Shown here: one piece after another, positions 1-6,489 of the stretch
Layout of the letters: every line of letters starts with the position of its first letter
How positions within the stretch are numbered: position 1 is the first letter of the stretch
The notes under the pieces: model-generated
What the model saw: the letters and a program-made list of their open reading frames with translations, nothing else
What the model was told of the DNA's origin: nothing
The model's database searches: none
Source of the DNA: a virus
Virus genome (UHGV): UHGV-0084903
Reading direction: 5' to 3' (one strand)
Length of the DNA stretch: 10,014 nt
Position numbers and translations under genes: made by a program

Positions 1-2
1 CC

Positions 3-164
3 GAACGCCGCGATCTCGGGCTTGATGATGGCTCTTTCTGGCCTGTACTGGAAGGCATCCCGGCAACAGAGATGTTCAACGTGATTCCACTGGCACCGGG
101 CCATGCCTACGGGATGTTTATGGAACGCTTCAACGAGTTATCGGAATTACGCAAATGTGCATAA
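3..164 (+). CDS. 3' end of an upstream CDS (partial, 5' end outside window); function unknown
   Basis: Frame 3 is open from the window edge to TAA at 162..164 (C-terminus ...GHAYGMFMERFNELSELRKCA). It overlaps the ATG of the next gene by 10 nt, suggesting translational coupling. No motif recognised in the fragment. Confidence 0.4.
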   Translation, partial: ERRDLGLDDGSFWPVLEGIPATEMFNVIPLAPGHAYGMFMERFNELSELRKCA

Positions 165-1033
165 CTCATGTAGTTAGTTTTTCTGGCGGGAGAACATCTG
201 CATATCTTGTTCACCTGATGGAAGAACAAAGAAAGGCTGGCAATAACGTCTGCTACATCTTTATGGATACCGGTTGCGAACATCCGCTGACATACCGCTT
301 TATTCGGGAGGTTGTGAAGTTCTGGGGCATACCGCTAACTGTGTTGCAGGTCGATATAAATCCAGAGCTTGGGCAGCCAAATGGTTATACGGAATGGGAA
401 CCAAAGGATATTCAGACACGAATGCCGGTGCTTAAACCGTTTATGGACATGGTAAAAAAATATGGCACGCCATACATCGGCGGCGCGTTCTGCACTGACA
501 GATTAAAACTCACCCCCTTCACAAAATACTGCGATGACCATTTCGGACGAGGGAATTACATCACATGGCTGGGTATTCGTGCAGACGAACCTCGTAGGCT
601 GAAACCGAAATCGGGCGTCCGGTATCTTGCCGAGCTATCTGATTTTGATAAGTCGGATGTTATCCGGTGGTGGCATAAACAACCTTTTGATTTGCAAATC
701 CCGGAGCACCTCGGGAACTGTGTTTTCTGCATCAAAAAGTCCACGCAAAAGCTGGGGCTTGCATGTAAAGACGAACCTGGTCTGATGCGAGTTTTTAATG
801 AGCTGGTTACAGGTAAACACGTCCGGGATGGTCACCGAAAGACAAATAAAGACGTTATGTACCGTGGTCATCTGAGCCTTGACGGGATTGCCAGAATGTA
901 TGCCGACAGCGACTACAGAAATTTGTATCAGGCGATGGTGCAAGCCAGGCGATTCGATACCGGCTCGTGTTCAGAGTCATGTGAAATCTGGGGTGATCAA
1001 TTGGAATTGAAATTCGAAGAGGTGGTGGCATGA
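155..1033 (+). CDS. Phosphoadenosine phosphosulfate (PAPS) reductase-like PP-loop ATP pyrophosphatase family protein
   Basis: 292-aa ORF with N-terminal PP-loop motif SFSGGRTS (SGGxxS variant) in the position typical of the PAPS reductase/CysH/DndC-like family. Cys clusters near the C-terminus (NCVFC, CSESC) are compatible with metal or Fe-S binding. Stop TGA overlaps the next ATG (ATGA). Confidence 0.8.
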   Translation: MCITHVVSFSGGRTSAYLVHLMEEQRKAGNNVCYIFMDTGCEHPLTYRFIREVVKFWGIPLTVLQVDINPELGQPNGYTEWEPKDIQTRMPVLKPFMDMVKKYGTPYIGGAFCTDRLKLTPFTKYCDDHFGRGNYITWLGIRADEPRRLKPKSGVRYLAELSDFDKSDVIRWWHKQPFDLQIPEHLGNCVFCIKKSTQKLGLACKDEPGLMRVFNELVTGKHVRDGHRKTNKDVMYRGHLSLDGIARMYADSDYRNLYQAMVQARRFDTGSCSESCEIWGDQLELKFEEVVA

Positions 1034-1233
1034 CAATCGTAAAAACCCATACCGGCATTGTGATCACCAAAGACGGCCCGCAGGTAAAAAAACTTCACCA
1101 GACAGAGCGGATGTGGGTCGTCGGCAAAAACGAGTTTTACCACAAAGAAACCGGACGCCGCCACTTTGCAGAAAATACGCGCCGCCGACTACTGATCGAC
1201 ACCATCAAGCCTATCGAGGTGAAGCATGTTTAA
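1030..1233 (+). CDS. hypothetical protein (67 aa), phage early-region small ORF
   Basis: ATG at 1030 overlaps the stop of the preceding gene (ATGA) and is preceded by a GGTGG SD-like run. Co-directional and translationally coupled in the operon. No recognisable motif. Confidence 0.5.
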   Translation: MTIVKTHTGIVITKDGPQVKKLHQTERMWVVGKNEFYHKETGRRHFAENTRRRLLIDTIKPIEVKHV

Positions 1234-1474
1234 ACAGAACGAAAAATCTATCGCTCAAATTGCTGAGTATATCCCGCGTGCGTGCCGGGGTATGCAGTTG
1301 CAGGAAGCCAAAGCGCGCCTGGAGAAAAAAATTGCGCTCTATATCGATGACGGCTGTGATGCTGCCGTTCTTAACGCAGCGTTCGCGCCAGCTCTTAACA
1401 GTCATACGCGGGAGTCTTTTTTTTCGCGCATCGCAGCGCAGATCCGTAAAGTCCGTAAAGGAGGCAACCAGTGA
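1226..1474 (+). CDS. hypothetical protein (82 aa), phage early-region small ORF
   Basis: ATG at 1226 preceded by GAGGTG; overlaps the previous stop (ATGTTTAA); its own stop TGA overlaps the GTG start of the next gene. No recognisable motif. Confidence 0.5.
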   Translation: MFKQNEKSIAQIAEYIPRACRGMQLQEAKARLEKKIALYIDDGCDAAVLNAAFAPALNSHTRESFFSRIAAQIRKVRKGGNQ

Positions 1475-2142
1475 GCGAAATTAATTACCAGGCACTGCGT
1501 GAGGCGGCAGAAAAAGCACTACATGGTGAATGGGGTCACGAGGCAGGGGCAATCTGGAATACCTGTGATAGCGGCTATGTTCAGCACATGGCAGCGGTCG
1601 AGGCTGGCGATGATGTTAGCGATGAAGAGCATATGAGCAATATGCGTTTTATCACGCTCGCCACGCCAACTGTTGTTCTTGGATTGCTTGATGAGCTTTC
1701 TGAAGCTAAAGCTGCCGAAGAGAACGAGTCCAGTTGTGCTAACAGCGTTATCGACATCGCTATCAACTGGCAGATGCGAGCCAAAGATGCAGAAGCCAAG
1801 CTGGAAGCCGCAGAGAAGCGCAACGCAAAATTACAAAGCGAGAATGCATACATCCGCAACCGGTACAAAGAACTGGACCTATTAATCGGGAAAAACATTC
1901 TGGTCATGCAGGCTGCCATTATCGAATGGCAGGCAACTGGCGACGCTAAAAGCGGACTGGCATGGATTTATAACACACTGTTTGGCCCTGGCGAATTACC
2001 GGACGAATCTGAGAAAGATGCTCAGGCCTACTTTAATCGCAAATATGCACCGATTGACGAAAAGCTTATGGCGCTTCACAAGTGGTTTTGGGAACAAAGT
2101 GAAGCCGAGCGCGCCGCTGGCATTCGCATCAAAGGAGAGTGA
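1471..2142 (+). CDS. Ead/Ea22-like family protein
   Basis: 223-aa ORF with GTG start preceded by GGAGG. N-terminus MSEINYQALREAAEKA... and acidic coiled-coil-like central region resemble the Ead/Ea22-like proteins of enterobacterial lambdoid prophages (recollection, not searched). Confidence 0.65.
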   Translation: MSEINYQALREAAEKALHGEWGHEAGAIWNTCDSGYVQHMAAVEAGDDVSDEEHMSNMRFITLATPTVVLGLLDELSEAKAAEENESSCANSVIDIAINWQMRAKDAEAKLEAAEKRNAKLQSENAYIRNRYKELDLLIGKNILVMQAAIIEWQATGDAKSGLAWIYNTLFGPGELPDESEKDAQAYFNRKYAPIDEKLMALHKWFWEQSEAERAAGIRIKGE

Positions 2143-2143
2143 T

Positions 2144-2431
2144 ATGGCAACTTTGCAGGAATTAATCGACCTGACGCCAGAACAGGAAAAAGCGTGGAAT
2201 CGCCTTGTGAAGGCTGTAAAGGATTTCAGGGCAGCCGGAGGAAAGTTTTATAGCGTCCTGGACACGCTGAGCGCATACAACGGCGAGCACGTTGCCAGCA
2301 TTGATAACGATAAGGGCTACCACACTGCAAGCGTCTATATGCCTAGCATTGATGCGCCAGGGCTAACCAGTTGGGCTGATGATTGGCACGGCATCACGCT
2401 GAAAGATGACGTTGAAGTGGATGAGGACTAA
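2144..2431 (+). CDS. hypothetical protein (95 aa)
   Basis: ATG at 2144 lies 1 nt after the preceding stop and is preceded by AGGAG. The ORF-track entry 1982..2431 shares the frame, but its first 54 codons overlap the upstream gene and lack an RBS, so the shorter start is preferred. Confidence 0.55.
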   Translation: MATLQELIDLTPEQEKAWNRLVKAVKDFRAAGGKFYSVLDTLSAYNGEHVASIDNDKGYHTASVYMPSIDAPGLTSWADDWHGITLKDDVEVDED

Positions 2432-2434
2432 CAC

Positions 2435-3211
2435 ATGACAACTTTCACCGACAAAGAACTGATTAAAGAAATCAAAGAGCGCATAGGCAGCCTGGACGTT
2501 CGAGACAATATTGAGCGCCGGTCGTATGAAATTGCACTGGCATCGCTGGAAGCAGAGCCAGTGGCGTCATGCATTATTGAGGATGGGTGCATGTGTGTTG
2601 ACGGGTTCGGTGAGTATGTAGGTCACTCGCTGCCTGATGGAACGCACCAGCTTTACACCGCGCCGCCAGCGCTGGTAGTGCTTGATGAAATGGATTTGCT
2701 TACCTGCCATCTCGACGGTGTAACTGAAACATATGCTGATGGCTGGAACGCCTGCCGTGCCGCCATGCTTCAGGGTAGCCAACCTGTAAGCCAAACTTAC
2801 AACTTGCCAGAATTAATCGAAGGCATGGAAGTTTCCATTGATGTAAGCACTTGTGATGCTGATTTAGGTAATCGCTATTTCGGCACCGTCACCGAGGCGT
2901 TAGAACTTGATACAGCCAAGAATGGTTACATCCTCCTGGTTCAGGACGCAGAGCCAAACTTCGATGTAAATGGCAACTCTCCGGTAACTCCGGATGGTTG
3001 GATAAGCTGTAGTGAGCGAATGCCTGAAAAGGGCCAGAACGTGCTTATTTCGGTGAATTTCGATAGCTCTCTGGTTGAACCGCTAATATGCTCCGCACGC
3101 TATACCGGAAGCACCTTTCGGCGCGGAGATGCAACGATTAAGCCGGGTAATGGTATTGAGCAAGCAACTCACTGGATGCCGCTACCGGAACCGCCGCAGG
3201 AGGTGAAGTGA
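2435..3211 (+). CDS. DUF551 domain-containing phage protein
   Basis: 258-aa ORF. The C-terminal segment WISCSERMPEKGQNVLIS...ATHWMPLPEPP matches the DUF551 signature common in enterobacterial prophage early regions. Stop overlaps the start of the next gene. Confidence 0.7.
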   Translation: MTTFTDKELIKEIKERIGSLDVRDNIERRSYEIALASLEAEPVASCIIEDGCMCVDGFGEYVGHSLPDGTHQLYTAPPALVVLDEMDLLTCHLDGVTETYADGWNACRAAMLQGSQPVSQTYNLPELIEGMEVSIDVSTCDADLGNRYFGTVTEALELDTAKNGYILLVQDAEPNFDVNGNSPVTPDGWISCSERMPEKGQNVLISVNFDSSLVEPLICSARYTGSTFRRGDATIKPGNGIEQATHWMPLPEPPQEVK

Positions 3212-3783
3212 TGAACAACTTAATGATCGACCTTGAGACGATGGGGAAAAATAAGGATGCACCGATCGTTTCCATTGGCGCGGTGTTCTTCACTCCAGAA
3301 ACCGGAGACATCGGACAAGAATTCTATACAGTTGTTAGCCTGGAAAGTGCTATGGGGCAAGGAGCTACACCTGACGGCGATACCATCCTGTGGTGGTTGA
3401 AACAAAGCCCTGAAGCACGAGCTGCAATCTGTATTGATGATACTTTGTCGATCAGCGATGCTCTCTCAGAACTAAATCATTTCATTAACCGGCACGCAGC
3501 CAATACGAAATATTTAAAAGTCTGGGGTAACGGGGCCACCTTCGACAACGTAATTTTACGTGGAGCTTATGAGCGAGCAGGACAAATCTGCCCGTGGGCA
3601 TACTGGAATGACCACGATGTACGCACGATCGTTACGCTTGGGCGTTCCATCGGATTCGACCCCAAAATGGACATGCCTTTCGATGGCGAACGGCACAACG
3701 CCCTGGCCGATGCCCGTCATCAGGCAAAATATGTTTCCGCTATCTGGCAGAAATTAATTCCTGCCACCAGCACAGAATTATGA
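3211..3783 (+). CDS. DnaQ-like DEDDh 3'-5' exonuclease
   Basis: Exo I motif IDLETMG (D-x-E), Exo II WGNGATFDNVIL, Exo III H-x4-D (HNALADARH). AGGAGG at 3198..3203 is 7 nt from ATG 3211; the GTG at 3208 is an alternative start. Confidence 0.75.
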   Translation: MNNLMIDLETMGKNKDAPIVSIGAVFFTPETGDIGQEFYTVVSLESAMGQGATPDGDTILWWLKQSPEARAAICIDDTLSISDALSELNHFINRHAANTKYLKVWGNGATFDNVILRGAYERAGQICPWAYWNDHDVRTIVTLGRSIGFDPKMDMPFDGERHNALADARHQAKYVSAIWQKLIPATSTEL

Positions 3784-3819
3784 TTTTCCCGGGTGCAGCC
3801 GGTTTTGATGGAGAAAATT

Positions 3820-4101
3820 ATGAACACCTTGTTTTTACTGATGGCTGAATTCAATACCCCTAACATTGAACTCTCAGCAGTTAGCCAAAAGTACTTTGGC
3901 ATGAGTCCAGCCACGGCAGAAGCAAAAGCAAACGCTTGTAAGTTGCCCGTTCCAACATATCGCATCGGCACATCACAAAAAGCAAAACGTTGCATCAATA
4001 TTCAGGATCTTGCGGAATACATAGACAAAAGACGAGAAGAAGGACGTATCGAGTGGGAACAGGTCAGAACAAGCAAACAGAAGGGCAAAGAACATCACTA
4101 A
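3820..4101 (+). CDS. PrtN-family (pyocin-activator-like) DNA-binding protein, excisionase-like
   Basis: MNTLFLLMAEF...YFGMSPATAEAKANACKLPVPTYRIGTSQKAKRCINIQDLAEYIDKRR resembles the PrtN/phage excisionase family. GGAG lies 7 nt upstream of ATG 3820; the in-frame upstream starts (3793 GTG, 3808 ATG) lack an SD. It occupies the xis position upstream of int. Confidence 0.65.
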   Translation: MNTLFLLMAEFNTPNIELSAVSQKYFGMSPATAEAKANACKLPVPTYRIGTSQKAKRCINIQDLAEYIDKRREEGRIEWEQVRTSKQKGKEHH

Positions 4102-4135
4102 AGAAAAAACCCGCCTAAAGGCGGGTTTTCAAAAA
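4102..4135. terminator. Bidirectional rho-independent terminator between convergent genes
   Basis: A-tract (4102..4109), perfect GC stem CCCGCC (4110..4115), loop TAAA, stem GGCGGG (4120..4125), then TTTT (4126..4129). It sits 1 nt after the + strand stop (4101) and 14 nt after the - strand stop (4149). Confidence 0.75.
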
Positions 4136-4148
4136 GCACCAGCTATGA

Positions 4149-4322
4149 TCATGCTGCTTTGCGACGACGAAGCTTACCCTGCTGCTCTTTACCAGAGACA
4201 GTAGCGTGAGTGAACGCATTAGGAGCAGCCTTCATCAGAACTTCAACAGCAGCACCCATACCTGCGAATGCTTTCATTGTGTCGAACTTAACCTGTGGCT
4301 TGGTTGCTTTTTGATCTTTCAT
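4149..4322 (-). CDS. small basic protein (57 aa), unknown function; second gene of the reverse-strand cargo cassette
   Basis: Not in the ORF track (<60 aa). Reverse-strand ATG at 4322 is preceded by GGGAG with 6-nt spacing. Translation MKDQKATKPQVKFDTMKAFAGMGAAVEVLMKAAPNAFTHATVSGKEQQGKLRRRKAA, stop TGA at 4149..4151, followed directly by the strong terminator. Codon choice is enriched in GCT/GGT/CGT/GTT. Confidence 0.55.
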   Translation of the reverse strand: MKDQKATKPQVKFDTMKAFAGMGAAVEVLMKAAPNAFTHATVSGKEQQGKLRRRKAA

Positions 4323-4518
4323 AGAAAACTCCCGAGACAGTAAAGGCGTCTCTAACCCTCTCTTTAAAGCTAGCTTGTTTAGCTAACTTATGCCAATCGA
4401 TCATGTCGATTGGTGACATCGTTTCTTAGTAGTTTAAGCACAAAACGACTGCCATAGATGTACCTTTAAGGTAATCTGGACGGGTATCCTACAATTTGTA
4501 GACCCTTCTCGTCTATAC

Positions 4519-5055
4519 CTACTGAGCAAATTTAAGAAAGATATCCTGCAGCTCATCAATGACTGCAGACATCACATAACCGCACTGTTCCATGCGGAAA
4601 CCAAAAGACTCGTAATACTGCACCAGTTCTGGTACTGGCTCTACAATGTGGACAACTTTACATTCAACAGCTTTACAAAATATAAAAGCACTCATAAGAG
4701 TGAGTAAAACCATGCGCCCTTTCAATGGGTGAGATTCATCTTCTCTAGAAAACCTTTCGATCATATGGATACGAAAGATGTTTTCTTCAACCCCATAAAC
4801 ACAAATTGCTGCTCCTGATGGTATTCCCTGAACCCGACCTTGCTGAACAAGTTTTATGCAGAACTCATACTTTTCTCTGGAGTTGCCATAGGTGCTTAAC
4901 GCATAGTCCCATTCAAGCTCACCATAGCCACCACACAGAATCTTGTAATCATCATCACTGAGCGGACCAACAGCAAGAGGTAAGCCGACATGATCAATAA
5001 TCAACTGGATATTGTTACGTACAGATTGACCTATCTCGTCTAGGGTAAGCATCAT
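4519..5055 (-). CDS. hypothetical protein (178 aa) with GNAT-like acyl-CoA N-acyltransferase fold signature; first gene of the reverse-strand cargo cassette
   Basis: Long ORF in an AT-rich segment. The C-terminal half shows GNAT-like topology (FRIHMIERF ... GRMVLLTLMSAFIFCKA ... VVHIVEP ... LVQYYESFGFR), but the canonical R/Q-x-x-G-x-G/A acetyl-CoA loop is not obvious. Fold assignment is tentative. Confidence 0.6.
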   Translation of the reverse strand: MMLTLDEIGQSVRNNIQLIIDHVGLPLAVGPLSDDDYKILCGGYGELEWDYALSTYGNSREKYEFCIKLVQQGRVQGIPSGAAICVYGVEENIFRIHMIERFSREDESHPLKGRMVLLTLMSAFIFCKAVECKVVHIVEPVPELVQYYESFGFRMEQCGYVMSAVIDELQDIFLKFAQ

Positions 5056-5084
5056 AGACTCTCAAGCGGAACACTAAAAATCTC

Positions 5085-5090
5085 ATTATA
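5085..5090 (-). promoter_or_regulatory. candidate -10 hexamer (TATAAT on - strand) for the reverse-strand cargo operon
   Basis: Perfect TATAAT on the reverse strand about 30 nt upstream of the 178-aa gene ATG. No convincing -35 was found, so this is a weak call. Confidence 0.3.
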
Positions 5091-5137
5091 TCTCATTCTG
5101 ATGCCCCGCATGGATTACACCTTGAAATGAAAACACC

Positions 5138-5371
5138 GGGTTCCCAATAGGCTCCCACAAAGTGTATAACTACTTGTTTTTCAAAAACGGTACATCCTAT
5201 CGAGCATAGGAGCAATGCTAAACCGAGAATTCCAGTAAACACCAGTTTTTTCAGGCATCACGCTGGTTTGATTAATTTTTTGTGTTTCATGATTATCGTG
5301 CATTTTTGAACATTTCAGGCTATTTTTCTCGCGTTAGGTTCCCGCACAGGTTCCCACGTTTTATGGGAACC
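5138..5371. repeat. Cluster of GGTTCCC(A) motifs in the int upstream region, including an inverted pair
   Basis: GGTTCCC at 5139..5145, 5337..5343 and 5349..5355; inverted copy GGGAACC at 5365..5371. The last two form an 8-bp inverted repeat GGTTCCCA-N7-TGGGAACC ending 20 nt before the int ATG. A separate 6-bp IR TCCTAT-N5-ATAGGA lies at 5195..5211. Confidence 0.5.
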
Positions 5372-5391
5372 CGAAATAACGAGGTCGTGTA

Positions 5392-6489
5392 ATGGCGTAC
5401 TATAACATAGAGAAACGACTAAAATCCGATGGCACACCACGCTATCGCTGTAATGTGATTATCAAAGAAAAAGGTGTTATCACTTACAGGGAAAGCAAAA
5501 CATTCCCTAAACATGCTCATGCCAAAACATGGGGAACACAGAAAGTGATGGAATTAGATCTATATGGCATTCCATCATCAAATGCAGTTGACGGACTTAC
5601 AGTCCGTGACTTACTACACAAATATTTAAATGACCCAAATGCCGGAGGTAAAGCAGGCCGTACTAAAAGATATGTGCTGGAACTGCTTATGGATAGTGAC
5701 ATCTCCGCGATCAAACTATCTGAACTGACAGAAAATGACGTAATTGAACATTGCAGGCTAAGAAACAACGCTGGTGCAGGTCCAGCAACAGTCAGCCACG
5801 ATGTTAGTTATCTTGGCAGTGTTCTGGATGCGGCCAAACCTGTATACGGAATTAATTACACATCAAACCCGGCGAAAAGCGCTCGCCCATATCTACTTAA
5901 ACTTGGTTTGATTGGTAAATCAAACCGTCGTAATCGTAGACCAGCATCTGATGAACTGGACATGCTCATTGAAGGCCTTCAACAACGATCTACTCATAAA
6001 TGCTCAAAAATTCCGTTCGTTGATATCCTCAAATTTTCTGTGTGGTCCTGTATGCGGATCGGAGAAGTATGCCGGTTACGATGGGAAGATCTCGACCAGG
6101 AACAAAAATCTATACTCGTAAGAGACAGGAAAGATCCACGCAAAAAGGAAGGCAACCACATGAAAGTAGCCTTGCTTGGGGAAGCCTGGGATATCGTCCA
6201 ACGACAGCCCAAAAAATCGGAATTCATTTTTCCATATAACAGCACTTCTGTTACTGCAGGATTTCAGAGGGTAAGAAGCAAATTAGGTATTAAAGATCTG
6301 CGATACCATGATTTGCGTAGAGAAGGGGCAAGTCGCTTATTTGAGGCTGGTTTTAGTATTGAGGAAGTCGCTCAGGTTACAGGGCATCGTTCATTAAACG
6401 TGCTATGGCAGGTATATACCGAACTGTATCCGAAATCTTTACATAATCGTTTTGAAGAGCTCCAAAGGAGCAGAAATAAGACCTCTTGA
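5392..6489 (+). CDS. int: Tyrosine site-specific recombinase (phage integrase)
   Basis: 365-aa ORF; GAGG 7 nt upstream of the ATG. Catalytic-domain signature: Arg in CMRIGEVCRLRWEDL, H-x-x-R in HDLRREGAS, His in TGHRS and a downstream Tyr (VLWQVYTELY). Confidence 0.85.
   Translation: MAYYNIEKRLKSDGTPRYRCNVIIKEKGVITYRESKTFPKHAHAKTWGTQKVMELDLYGIPSSNAVDGLTVRDLLHKYLNDPNAGGKAGRTKRYVLELLMDSDISAIKLSELTENDVIEHCRLRNNAGAGPATVSHDVSYLGSVLDAAKPVYGINYTSNPAKSARPYLLKLGLIGKSNRRNRRPASDELDMLIEGLQQRSTHKCSKIPFVDILKFSVWSCMRIGEVCRLRWEDLDQEQKSILVRDRKDPRKKEGNHMKVALLGEAWDIVQRQPKKSEFIFPYNSTSVTAGFQRVRSKLGIKDLRYHDLRREGASRLFEAGFSIEEVAQVTGHRSLNVLWQVYTELYPKSLHNRFEELQRSRNKTS

Noticed and set aside
556-1070. Reverse-strand ORFs (556..744, 635..943, 855..1070) inside the PAPS-reductase-like gene
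   Set aside because: They are fully embedded antisense to a long, motif-supported CDS, have no RBS and low-complexity translations, so they are most likely frame artefacts.
1113-1484. 123-aa + strand ORF and 64-aa - strand ORF (1211..1405) overlapping the two small coupled genes
   Set aside because: The 123-aa ORF is an alternative frame that is Arg-rich and low-complexity; the coupled genes 1030..1233 and 1226..1474 have SD sequences and stop/start overlaps that explain the region better.
1982-2431. Extended 149-aa version of the 95-aa gene starting at 1982
   Set aside because: The first 54 codons overlap the Ead/Ea22-like gene in another frame and have no RBS; ATG 2144 has AGGAG upstream and sits 1 nt after the upstream stop.
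3784-3806. Short hairpin CCGG-gtgcag-CCGG followed by TTTT after the exonuclease gene, as a terminator
   Set aside because: Only a 4-bp stem; too weak to call a terminator, and the next gene appears to be part of the same operon.
3793-3819. Upstream GTG (3793) or ATG (3808) as the start of the excisionase-like gene
   Set aside because: Neither has an SD; ATG 3820 is 7 nt downstream of GGAG and matches the MNTxFLLMA N-terminus I recall for the PrtN family.
1581-3998. Assorted internal or antisense ORFs (1581..1919 -, 1673..1885 +, 2567..2794 -, 3220..3405 -, 3560..3757 +, 3720..3998 -)
   Set aside because: All lie within or antisense to better-supported CDSs of the coupled operon and lack start signals; typical six-frame noise.
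4323-4451. A 43-aa reverse-strand ORF in the cargo spacer overlapping the start of the 57-aa gene
   Set aside because: It is out of frame with and overlaps the better-supported small gene and has no SD; at most a possible leader peptide, unsupported.
5056-5391. Possible tRNA gene or tRNA 3' fragment near int as an attachment core
   Set aside because: No T-arm (GTTCGAATC-like) or acceptor-stem/CCA pattern was found; the GGTTCCC motifs do not form a tRNA-like structure.
5517-6245. ORFs inside the integrase gene (5517..5768 -, 5912..6121 +, 5994..6245 -, 6042..6239 +)
   Set aside because: They overlap a CDS with clear tyrosine-recombinase motifs and are alternate-frame artefacts of an AT-rich gene.
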